A DNA stretch of 64,000 nt from Clostridiales bacterium (GCA_031265685.1 JAISCI010000028.1:31-64030), one strand, 5' to 3'. Shown: positions 1-7,656, counted from the stretch's first letter. Numbers and translations: made by a program. The notes: generated by a model not told the origin, from the letters alone.

Positions 1-28
1 AAAAACGCCGTGATCAGGCGAACTGTGA

Positions 29-86
29 GTAGCGGCTGGCGGATCTTAATTATAATGGGTGGTGGAAATTTCAATTAGCAAATACA
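29..86. repeat. Copy 1 of a ~58-bp conserved sequence; copy 2 is at 30629-30686 in the same orientation
   Basis: The two copies share GTAGCGGyTGGCGGATCTTAATTATAATGGGyGGyGGA...TTTCArTTrrCAAATACA, roughly 85 percent identical by eye. Both lie at the 3' end of a minus-strand ORF. Confidence 0.6.
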
Positions 87-446
87 CGGCGCTGAATATA
101 CCAGTCCGCTGTCCCAAAACAGCGATTGATCGGCAGTCGAAACCACCACGCGATACTCATTGAGCGCTTCACCTTGCTGCTGTGAGTATTGCAAAGTGAC
201 CGTGACCGAAGCGTTGCGCAAAGTTTGATCGGTGGCAATGCCGACAATACGCCATTCCGGAGTGGTCAGGCACGAGAACACGGCCTTGGCGCTTGTCGCA
301 GCGACGCCCGACATGTCATAGGCCGTGACGTCGCACGCGTAATCTTTGCCGTTTGCGAGCGTCCCCGCCGGTATGGTGTGAGCTAAGCGCAGTGTGCTGG
401 TTGTATTGTCGTAAACCGTTCCGTTTGTAGCGGAATCGTAAATCAC
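75..446 (-). CDS. Beta-rich hypothetical protein, possibly a truncated phage tail-associated protein
   Basis: The tracked ORF starts at a GTG. The frame stays open upstream to 587, with AAAGGAGG at 556-563 but no canonical start codon. The T/S/V/Y-rich sequence (TISIRTITPFDAAYDYTVYFDYSGNQ...) looks like Ig/FN3-type phage structural repeats. The 3' end runs into the 58-bp repeat. Confidence 0.35.
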   Translation of the reverse strand: MIYDSATNGTVYDNTTSTLRLAHTIPAGTLANGKDYACDVTAYDMSGVAATSAKAVFSCLTTPEWRIVGIATDQTLRNASVTVTLQYSQQQGEALNEYRVVVSTADQSLFWDSGLVYSAPCIC

Positions 447-1166
447 CAGCCTGTTTTTGACAGATTGGTTGCCGGAATAGTCGAAATAGACTGTATAGTC
501 ATACGCCGCGTCGAACGGCGTTATTGTTCGGATGGAGATTGTTGCTATTGGGGAGCCTCCTTTCGGCGAGCTTGCTCTATGATTTGTTTAACAATTATTC
601 TATATAATTATTCAAGAAATATGTTCTTATTATCTTATTCGGAATAACCCCATTGCGCGGCGTGATTTGCCACGGAGCCTCATCACGCATCATTGCGCGC
701 AGTTTCCAACTACACTCAATGTTATAAAACTGACCTGATCACTCGTATGGCTTCTGCGCAAGAAAAACCATATCTTAAGAAAGACGTACCCAAGCACGAA
801 ATATTGCAAAATGCTCGGAATAGCCTGAATTATTTTATCAATTTCCACTAGTATTATCCCACATATTAGTGTTATCGTTGCCATTGAATGGCCTTGTTTC
901 TGATATGATACACCAAAATATTCCCAACGTCAACAAAAGTCACGCCTTCCCAACAACATACCGCCTGTTCCAATCATTTCCCGCAAACAGCACCAGCACG
1001 CTTTCATTGACGACAAACGTCTGCCCGGTGGCGCAAGAAACGGTGTAGATCGTCCCCTGCATATTGACGGAATATTTGCCCCGCCCAAAACCGCCGTCAC
1101 GCTTCCTTGCCGCGTCACATCGTACGGCAGCGACCGGAGGCGTTCGTTCTATCTTGATCCGCCAAG

Positions 1167-1252
1167 GAATTTTGCGTGAATCATGCAAAATTCATCCAAG
1201 CGAAAATGCTTCGATTCAAGCGAACTTCGCCCAAGTAAACTTCACTTGTTGG
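1167..1252. repeat. Hairpin-module repeat block (X/Y word family)
   Basis: GAATTTTGC-GTGAATCAT-GCAAAATTC is followed by the degenerate words CGAAAATGC, TTCGATTCAA and GCGAACTTC. Confidence 0.7.
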
Positions 1253-1336
1253 CGAGGAGAGCTTCTATAAGAAGCAGGGATACGCGTTCAATGAGGCGGA
1301 TCATCGGGAGTTAAACCGCTTGTTAACGACGGTTGC

Positions 1337-1459
1337 GGATTTTGCTTGGTTCGAAGCATTATCGCGTGACAGAATTTCGCATCGCATTATCGTTTGAACT
1401 ACACGATAATGCTTCGAATAACGCGAAATTCACCCAAGCGATAATGCGATGCAAAATCC
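1337..1459. repeat. Four-stem nested palindrome (X/Y word family)
   Basis: Left arm: GGATTTTGC-10-GCATTATCG-7-GAATTTCGC-3-GCATTATCG. Loop: 11 nt. Right arm: CGATAATGC-10-GCGAAATTC-7-CGATAATGC-3-GCAAAATCC. All four stem pairs are perfectly complementary. Confidence 0.85.
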
Positions 1460-1824
1460 ATAGGCCGGTTCATACTGTCTTATAATGACTGTGAGTTTGT
1501 TCGGGAATTGTACGATGGGTTTAATATGGAGCCTGTCTCGCGGTAAAATAATCTGACAAGCCGGTATGAAAATCGAGAAAATTATAAGGAGTTGATCGTT
1601 TGGAATTACTAATAGTCGATTATTTATAGTAATTATTAGCGTTATTTCGATTCTGTTTGTTGTGTAAAATTGTAACAAATTATATATAAAAACGTTCTAT
1701 GTGTGCAGTGATTTAACGTGCATGTAGAATGTTTTTTCGTTTGTCGGAGAACAAAAAAGTTGGTGTTTTAAGTGGAGATGTTTGAACGTCTTGTTGAACG
1801 CTTACACTGAACGTCAGCCACTTT

Positions 1825-1978
1825 GACCGACGTTTGATGTTGTCGAAGACAACATCTGAATTTTGCTTGAATGAATTTTGCATCGCATTATCGTTTGAAC
1901 GAATTTTGCCTAAAGCCGCAAAATTCTGTCACACGATAATGCTTCGATTCACACAAAATTCATCAAGCCATCTTCTTA
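1825..1978 (+). repeat. G-type palindromic element, copy G1 (end1 to end2)
   Basis: End1 is GACGTTTGATGTTGTCGAAGACAACATC, itself a 9-bp hairpin. The core is made of X/Y words. End2 is CATCAAGCCATCTTCTT. Copies with the same ends occur at 3166-3243 and 5318-5460 in the opposite orientation. Confidence 0.8.
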
Positions 1979-2485
1979 CTCCAAGCCGGGAAATCTCCGA
2001 TCGCCGTCAGAGCGTTCCAAGGTACAGACAGCCTGAGCGGCTATGCCCTCGGACCGTCCCGTGAAGCCCATGCCTTCCTCGGTGGACGCCTTTACGTTTA
2101 CGCGGCGCGTCATCGGGTCGATCCCGAGCGCCGCCGCCACGTTACGCTCCATTTGCGGTATAAACGGCGCAAGCCGGGGCTTCTCGGCGACTATGACCGC
2201 GTCGATGTTGCCGACGAAGTATCCCCGCGCGAAAATCATGCCCCACGCCCGGCGCAGAAGTTCCAGACTGTCTATACCGTCATACGCCGGGTCGTCGTCC
2301 GGGAAAAACCTGCCGATGTCCCCCAAACCCGCCGCGCCGAGAAGCGCGTCGATAACGGCGTGAACCAAAACGTCCGCGTCCGAATGTCCCAGAAGGCCCC
2401 TTTCAAACTCAATCTCAACCCCGCCGAGCACAAGACGGCGCCCTTCCGCCAATCTGTGCGCGTCATAGCCTATGCCTGTACTCAT
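1976..2485 (-). CDS. ispF: 2-C-methyl-D-erythritol 2,4-cyclodiphosphate synthase
   Basis: Translation from the internal ATG at 2485 gives MSTGIGYDAHRL...GHSDADVLVHAVIDALLGA, the typical IspF sequence. The upstream 30 codons of the tracked ORF look non-coding. The stop codon lies at the edge of element G1. Confidence 0.9.
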   Translation of the reverse strand: MSTGIGYDAHRLAEGRRLVLGGVEIEFERGLLGHSDADVLVHAVIDALLGAAGLGDIGRFFPDDDPAYDGIDSLELLRRAWGMIFARGYFVGNIDAVIVAEKPRLAPFIPQMERNVAAALGIDPMTRRVNVKASTEEGMGFTGRSEGIAAQAVCTLERSDGDRRFPGLE

Positions 2486-3165
2486 GTTGATTCCCCTCTC
2501 CAGACTGTCCCCGCTAAGGTGATTCCGCGTCGCATTACCGAGAAATTCTTCAGCCGAGTTTGAGTTTGAACACAACCGGCTTATTAACCGCGGCCGCCTT
2601 CTTGAGCGAAAGGCTCGCTGTTTGGGGACCCCGGGTTGGATGTCGGCGGAGTCGTCGCCGCGGTGATTTCATCTAAACGCGCCCGCCGGAAGAAACCGCT
2701 CTTCCGCTGAAACAACCGACGCGCTTTCGGACGTATCTCGTCGATTCTATCGGCGACCTCAAACGCAAAACCATCCGTGTGCTCGACCAAGTTTTCCTTG
2801 AATATCAGCGTGTTTTCGGTAAAACGCCGAAAGAGTTACCGCTGCAACTCGGCGGACCCGCCGAGTTCGAGGGCGTTTCCGTCGATGTCTGACGTAATTT
2901 CCGACCAAGCTGAGCCGCCAAAAACTCGATCAAGATGAAGCCCGCGCACTCTACCGCGCCGCTGAATCCTCTTCCAGCTCGTCCCTCTTCTTCTCAAAAT
3001 GTATCTCACACGCCCGCCCGCATTGTTATTATAACATATTTATCCGATTATTTCAAGCTTCGCCTGGCCTAAAGACAATCTTCGCACCCCTCCGGGCTGC
3101 CCCGCCAATCCCGGAGCAGTCCGGCAATCACCGTTTCAATCCGCTTCGGCGAGTAATCGGGCGTC

Positions 3166-3243
3166 AAGAAGATGGTTTGATGAATTTTGCGTGAATCGAA
3201 GCAAAATTCAGATGTTGTCTTCGACAACATCAAACGTCGGTCA
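3166..3243 (-). repeat. G-type palindromic element, short copy G2 (end2 to end1)
   Basis: AAGAAGATGGTTTGATGAATTTTGC-GTGAATCGAA-GCAAAATTCAGATGTTGTCTTCGACAACATCAAACGTCGGTC. This is the reverse complement of the G1 termini with a single X hairpin as core. Confidence 0.8.
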
Positions 3244-3523
3244 AAGGCGTCGCCGTAAAACGTCCTTATGAACAATAACCGACAGCAACCGCAGATTTTA
3301 GCAATACAGACATTCTACAACTTCCGCGGAATCGGATTTTCAGCGGCACGCGTACTTCTTACTCGAATAATCGGCAGCAAAGTTAGCTTAAACCCGCGCT
3401 TTGTTATTCGGGCGGGTGATTTTGGGGTTGACATTTACAAAATTACCTCATTCCGCCGATATTATGACGCTTAGCGGCTATAATTACCGGGGTTTTTGGA
3501 GCGGTTACGGGATAGACATAAAC

Positions 3524-3578
3524 AAAAAACCGGAAAGCGGAACAGAGGGCGGATTCGGGATCCGTCCTCTGTTTTCCG
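3524..3578 (-). terminator. Rho-independent terminator after the cotF-like pair
   Basis: A long imperfect hairpin (AACAGAGGGCGGAT-TCGG-GATCCGTCCTCTGTT, extended by CCGGAAAGCGG pairing) is followed on the minus strand by a T6 run. Confidence 0.6.
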
Positions 3579-3598
3579 TTTCTGTTCTCCGCTTTTCG

Positions 3599-3862
3599 TT
3601 ATACCGCGCAGGGCTGTTGCAGATTCGCCTTGATCTGGTTCGACTCGAGCATATCCGAAGACGGCGGTTGGACGTAATAGCCCTTTTCCGAAGCCAGCTT
3701 GTACAGATCATACTGGAACTTCTCGTCGCCGTCGCGCATCTGCTGAAAAGTCATGCGCAGATCCTGATCGTTCGTCTCGGCGATGTTCTTGGCGTAGGAC
3801 GCAAGCCCCGCCTTCACGCCCGAGAGTATGTCCATAACCATGTCGCGTTCGCTCATTTTCAT
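3599..3862 (-). CDS. Spore coat protein, CotF-like
   Basis: 87 aa: MKMSERDMVMDILSGVKAGLASYAKNIAETNDQDLR...EKFQYDLYKLASEKGYY. This resembles the Coat_F domain. Confidence 0.65.
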   Translation of the reverse strand: MKMSERDMVMDILSGVKAGLASYAKNIAETNDQDLRMTFQQMRDGDEKFQYDLYKLASEKGYYVQPPSSDMLESNQIKANLQQPCAV

Positions 3863-3866
3863 CCTC

Positions 3867-4049
3867 CTACAGCATGTCTACTAATTTCTGGGCGGCCTTT
3901 CCCGATTCCTGCGCCGCGCTCGTGAACATCCGGCGCACTTTCTCGTCCTGGCACCTGCCCGCGTATTCGTTCAGCTTACTCGTGGTCGTCTGATGCGCCA
4001 TAACGGTCTCGCGTATCGCGTTTAACTCAGTCTGGCTGTACGTGGCCAT
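3867..4049 (-). CDS. Small spore-coat-associated protein, partner of the CotF-like gene
   Basis: 60 aa: TELNAIRETVMAHQTTTSKLNEYAGRCQDEKVRRMF. It lies 4 nt upstream of the CotF-like gene, an arrangement typical of two-gene coat loci. Confidence 0.5.
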   Translation of the reverse strand: MATYSQTELNAIRETVMAHQTTTSKLNEYAGRCQDEKVRRMFTSAAQESGKAAQKLVDML

Positions 4050-4103
4050 AATAATCGCGTCTCCCTTCCGTTTGGATAGGATTATTTTTGCCCCGGCGCG
4101 CGC

Positions 4104-5087
4104 TCAATATACGTATTTATTGACGTCGTCGACCGTCACGCCGGGATGCAGCGCGATATTAAGCGCGTTGGCGATAATATTCGACAGCCGCTCGACGACC
4201 GCGTCCGCATCCTTCGGAGCGACGAACATGCTTCCGAGGTACGGTTCAAGCAGACGACTGATTATCGCGCTCTTCTCGCGGCGCTCCAGGTTCTCGAGCG
4301 TCTCAAAGAAATCCGCGCCCTCCGGCATCTCCGCCCGCATACTGGAAACGGTGAGATCCAGGGAGTCTGACACGAGCGTCGCGGCGTCGATAACCGTCGG
4401 CACTCCGACCGCCAGAACCTTCCGTCCGAGCGACTTCTCGGTCAGTTCGGCGCGGTAATTACCCATGCCGGAGCCGGGGGCCAGTCCCGTGTCGCTGATC
4501 TGGATTGTGGAATTGAGCCGCGAGGTATTCCTCGCCGCCAGCGCGTCCACGCAAATCACAACCGCCGGGTCGATCGCGTCAGCCACCCCCTTGATTGTGT
4601 CGGCCGTCTCGATGCCGGTGATTCCCATCACGCCCGGCGTTATAGCGGCCACCGGGCGCACTCTCCCGGCAAGTTCCTCCGGGACGGTATCCATGATGTG
4701 CCGGGTCACGAGCGCCTTTTTTATCACTTTGGGCCCGAGCGCGTCCGGGGTTACGCTCCAGTTGCCCAAACCGACGATCAGAACGGTATCGCCGCCGGAG
4801 AGCTTCGCGATCTTGGCGATCTGCCGCGCGAGAATCGCGGCGATTTCCTCGTGCTTATCGCGGTTGTTATCTTTAAGGGCGTCGGATTCGATAGTGACGT
4901 AACTACCTATCGGCTTGCCCATTTTAGCTGAGCCGACGTCGTTTTCGATCTCAATCCATGTAATCTTGATTCCGTCGTTTTCGCGGACATCGACGCCGAC
5001 GCCCGTTTCGCCCGACTCCGCCTTTCGTTCAGCGTTTTCGTTCAATATCTCGGCCGCTTCGACGGCCAGGTCGGTAATCGGTTTCAT
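4104..5087 (-). CDS. gpr: Germination protease (spore endopeptidase GPR)
   Basis: Translation from ATG 5087 (GGGAGGG RBS) gives MKPITDLAVEA...LIVGLGNWSVTPDALGP...VICVDALAARNTSRLNSTIQISDTGLAPGSG, the GPR family pattern. The upstream 109 codons of the tracked ORF translate repeat DNA. Confidence 0.9.
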   Translation of the reverse strand: MKPITDLAVEAAEILNENAERKAESGETGVGVDVRENDGIKITWIEIENDVGSAKMGKPIGSYVTIESDALKDNNRDKHEEIAAILARQIAKIAKLSGGDTVLIVGLGNWSVTPDALGPKVIKKALVTRHIMDTVPEELAGRVRPVAAITPGVMGITGIETADTIKGVADAIDPAVVICVDALAARNTSRLNSTIQISDTGLAPGSGMGNYRAELTEKSLGRKVLAVGVPTVIDAATLVSDSLDLTVSSMRAEMPEGADFFETLENLERREKSAIISRLLEPYLGSMFVAPKDADAVVERLSNIIANALNIALHPGVTVDDVNKYVY

Positions 5088-5269
5088 AGCGCCCTCCCGA
5101 AGGTATTTGTCATTAAAGTAGCTTTTCCCGCGGGAAGGGATTGTATGTGAAATATGTATACGCTGACCTGGGCGTGTTTGAAAACTAGCCCTGACTCCCG
5201 GCCAAGCGGCGACCGCCGCGACTGAAAACGCTTCCCCGCTGTAATTTGTTAACCGACAAATCTGTCGAT

Positions 5270-5514
5270 TAAACAAAAACGCCGTGTACTCCGAGAGTAC
5301 GCAAGTTTTTGGCTGACGATGAAGAAGATGGCTTGATGAATTTTGCGTGACAGAATTTTGCGTGAATCGAAGCATTATCGTGTGGTTCAAACGATAATGC
5401 GATGCAAAATTCATTCAAGCAAAATTCAGATGTTGTATTCCACAACATCAAACGTCGATCAACGACGGGAAATCAGCCGAAAAGACGCCGATTCCATCTA
5501 TGAATACAGGTTCT
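5270..5514. repeat. F-type element, copy F', carrying a nested G-type insertion
   Basis: It shares AACGCCGyGTACTCmGAGAGTACGCAAGTTTTTGGCTGACG and TCAACGACGGGAAATCAGCCGAAAAGACGyCGATTCCATCTATGAATACAGGTTCT with 61680-61780. Those two halves are separated here by about 143 bp. Confidence 0.8.
5318..5460 (-). repeat. G-type palindromic element, copy G3, inserted inside F'
   Basis: GATGAAGAAGATGGCTTGAT...X-6-X-10-Y loop Y-3-X-6-X...CAGATGTTGTATTCCACAACATCAAACGTCG. It is near-identical to the reverse complement of G1. Confidence 0.8.
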
Positions 5515-5758
5515 GAATAGCTGGTCTCAATTATATTGAGCGGTCGATTTTTCGATTATAACGCGCGCCCGTTTTCAGTGATTACAAGAATTCTTTTGCG
5601 GGGGCGGAACTTCTCGCTGATTTTTTGCGTGCGGGTGTTTTTTTCATTTATATTGCCGCCGGGCTCCGAAAGGCGTTCAAGCGAATTTCCATCACGCGAA
5701 AACATGAAAATCGTGTCCGCGCCTGGGAACGGGATAGGCATAAAATCAAATCCCCGCA

Positions 5759-5786
5759 TTGACTTTCACGCGTAAAATGTTATAAT
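5759..5786 (+). promoter_or_regulatory. SigA-type promoter upstream of the ibrA-like gene
   Basis: TTGACT, a 16-nt spacer, then TATAAT preceded by TGT (extended -10). It lies about 27 nt upstream of the start codon. Confidence 0.6.
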
Positions 5787-5812
5787 AAGCTGGAGAATGT
5801 CGGAAGGGGGTG

Positions 5813-7132
5813 ATGTTATTGGCTAAAGTTTACACTGATCAAAATGTGTTCAACGCCTTCATGGACAGAATGGAGTATATATTTTCCAAGTTTGATCACG
5901 TCGTGGTCGCTTTTTCCGGAGGCAAGGATTCCGGCCTGATGCTGGAACTGGTTAACTTATATTACGCGAGGCGCCGCCCCGACGCCAAAGTCTCCGTATA
6001 CCACATCGACTATGAGGGCAATTATCAGTATACCATCGACTACGTATCGCGCTGCATGGGTAAATATCCTTATTTTGACTACTATCACCTTTGTATGCCG
6101 GTTTCGGCTTCATGCGGCGTATCCATGTATCAATCCACATGGATGCCCTGGAATCCGGACGAAAAGGACATCTGGCTCAAGGAACGCCCGCCGGGCGCGA
6201 TAACGCTGGAAAACCACGGCTTCGACTTCTTCAAGGTCGGTATGTCGGACTATGTTTTTCAGACAAAATTCGGCAAGTGGCTTCACAAACGCCGCGGTGC
6301 TAAAAGAACAGCCGTCCTTGTCGGCATACGCGCGCAGGAAAGCCTCAACCGCTATCACGCAGTGACCCGCGACAGCGCCTACCGGATGTTCGGCAAGATC
6401 GCCTACAGCACGCGCGTTTACACGGGTATCTACAATTTTTATCCGCTGTACGACTGGCTGGTCGAGGACATATGGACGGCCAACGCTAAGTTCGGGTTCG
6501 ATTACAATAAACTATACGACCTGTATTATTTGGCGGGCATACCGGTCGTGGAGATGCGCGTAGCCAACCCCTTCCATGAATGCGGAGTGGAAGCGCTCAA
6601 GCTGTTCCGCGCGATCGAGCCGAATACATGGAGCCGGCTGGTCGGACGCGTGAACGGCGCGAATTTCGGCGCGATTTACGGAGGCACGAAAGCGGTCGGC
6701 TACAAGGATATTTCCCTTCCGAAGGGCCACACGTGGAAAACCTACACGGAATTCCTCCTGAACACGCTGCCGTCGCGCACGCGGGAAATATATCGGCGCA
6801 AGTTTGAGACGTCTCTGCGTTACTGGCTTGATAAAGGCGGCGCTCTGCCCGTCAGGGTTGTGAACGAGCTTCGCAAGACGGATATTGTTTTCGAGCGGTT
6901 GGGCAAACCTACCGGAAAACGGAAATACAGGAGCGACCACGAGGTGGTCCGTTTCGCCGAATACCCCGACAGCGTCGATCTGCGGAACTTCCGGTCGCTG
7001 CCCAGTTATAAACGGATGTGCGTGACGATTATGAAGAACGACACGTCATGCCGTTATATGGGGTTCAGCCAGACCAAAGACGAACTGCAGAAAGGAAAGG
7101 AAGCGATGGCCGTATGGGAGAGCCTTATGTAA
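5813..7132 (+). CDS. PAPS-reductase-family ATP pyrophosphatase with a DUF3440-like C-terminal region (IbrA-like)
   Basis: The N-terminus carries the PP-loop VVVAFSGGKDSGLMLELV. The protein is about 440 aa, and its downstream ParB-like partner overlaps it by 19 nt. The exact start is uncertain (GTG 5810, ATG 5813 or TTG 5819). Confidence 0.75.
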   Translation: MLLAKVYTDQNVFNAFMDRMEYIFSKFDHVVVAFSGGKDSGLMLELVNLYYARRRPDAKVSVYHIDYEGNYQYTIDYVSRCMGKYPYFDYYHLCMPVSASCGVSMYQSTWMPWNPDEKDIWLKERPPGAITLENHGFDFFKVGMSDYVFQTKFGKWLHKRRGAKRTAVLVGIRAQESLNRYHAVTRDSAYRMFGKIAYSTRVYTGIYNFYPLYDWLVEDIWTANAKFGFDYNKLYDLYYLAGIPVVEMRVANPFHECGVEALKLFRAIEPNTWSRLVGRVNGANFGAIYGGTKAVGYKDISLPKGHTWKTYTEFLLNTLPSRTREIYRRKFETSLRYWLDKGGALPVRVVNELRKTDIVFERLGKPTGKRKYRSDHEVVRFAEYPDSVDLRNFRSLPSYKRMCVTIMKNDTSCRYMGFSQTKDELQKGKEAMAVWESLM

Positions 7133-7656
7133 GCCCGGTATACAGCGTCATACGCGTTCCGATCGGGAAAATCCAGGCGAACGCGCACAACCCGAACCGC
7201 GTGCCGCCGCCGGAGATGAGGCTGCTCATCAAGTCCATTCTGGAGGACGGCTACACAATGCCTATCGTCTGCTATTATCTGGCGGACGCCGACCGCTATG
7301 AGATTGTCGATGGGTTTCACCGGTATCAGGCCATGAGGCTTTGTCCCGAGATTGCCGAGCGGGAGGGAGAATGCCTGCCCGTGTCCGTGATTGACAAGCC
7401 GCTGACGAGCCGCATAGCCAGCACGATCCGTCATAACCGCGCGCGCGGCGTTCATTCCATTGATCTGATGGTGGACATCGTGGCGAAGCTCGCCGAGGCT
7501 GGGCGGAGCGACGCGTGGATTATGGACAATATCGGCATGGATTCCGACGAGCTGCTGCGGCTCAAGCAGATAAGCGGGCTGGCCTCGCTGTTCGCGGACA
7601 GGGAGTTTTCGCCGGCCTGGGAAAGCGACGCCGTCGCCGGGACAGTCGGAACCTAG
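7114..7656 (+). CDS. ParB-like nuclease domain protein (IbrB-like)
   Basis: Translation from ATG 7114 gives MGEPYVSPVYSVIRVPIGKIQANAHNPNRV...EIVDGFHRYQAM...IRHNRARG, which contains the ParB/Srx-type motifs. It overlaps the 3' end of the upstream gene. Confidence 0.75.
   Translation: MGEPYVSPVYSVIRVPIGKIQANAHNPNRVPPPEMRLLIKSILEDGYTMPIVCYYLADADRYEIVDGFHRYQAMRLCPEIAEREGECLPVSVIDKPLTSRIASTIRHNRARGVHSIDLMVDIVAKLAEAGRSDAWIMDNIGMDSDELLRLKQISGLASLFADREFSPAWESDAVAGTVGT

Larger units (their letters stand above)
1147..1546 (+). pseudogene. C-terminal remnant of a Dam-like (D12 class) N6-adenine DNA methyltransferase, split by repeat insertions
   Basis: Three collinear motif fragments sit in three different frames: FYLDPP (1147-1164), YAFNEADHRELNRLL (1281-1325) and ILSYNDCEFVRELYDGFNMEPVSR-stop (1472-1546). 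They are separated by repeat blocks at 1167-1252 and 1337-1459. No N-terminal half is present. Confidence 0.5.

Noticed and set aside
940-1188. 82-aa minus-strand ORF (…MQGTIYTVSCATGQTFVVNESVLVLFAGNDWNRRYVVGKA)
   Set aside because: It overlaps the plus-strand FYLDPP fragment of the Dam-like pseudogene and part of repeat block 1167-1252. I recognise no family. A short phage gene within 940-1062 cannot be excluded.
1430-1678. 82-aa minus-strand ORF in the AT-rich segment
   Set aside because: The sequence is Ile/Leu/Asn-rich as expected from AT-rich non-coding DNA. It overlaps the plus-strand Dam C-terminal fragment and repeat 1337-1459.
2667-2891. Plus-strand open frame ending ...VFLEYQRVFGKTPKELPLQL..., resembling the tail of an AraC-type HTH
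   Set aside because: It has no start codon, only one short motif-like stretch, and no first HTH repeat upstream. The evidence is insufficient for a pseudogene call.
3401-3925. 174-aa plus-strand ORF
   Set aside because: It is antisense to the CotF-like gene pair and their terminator, with no motif support.
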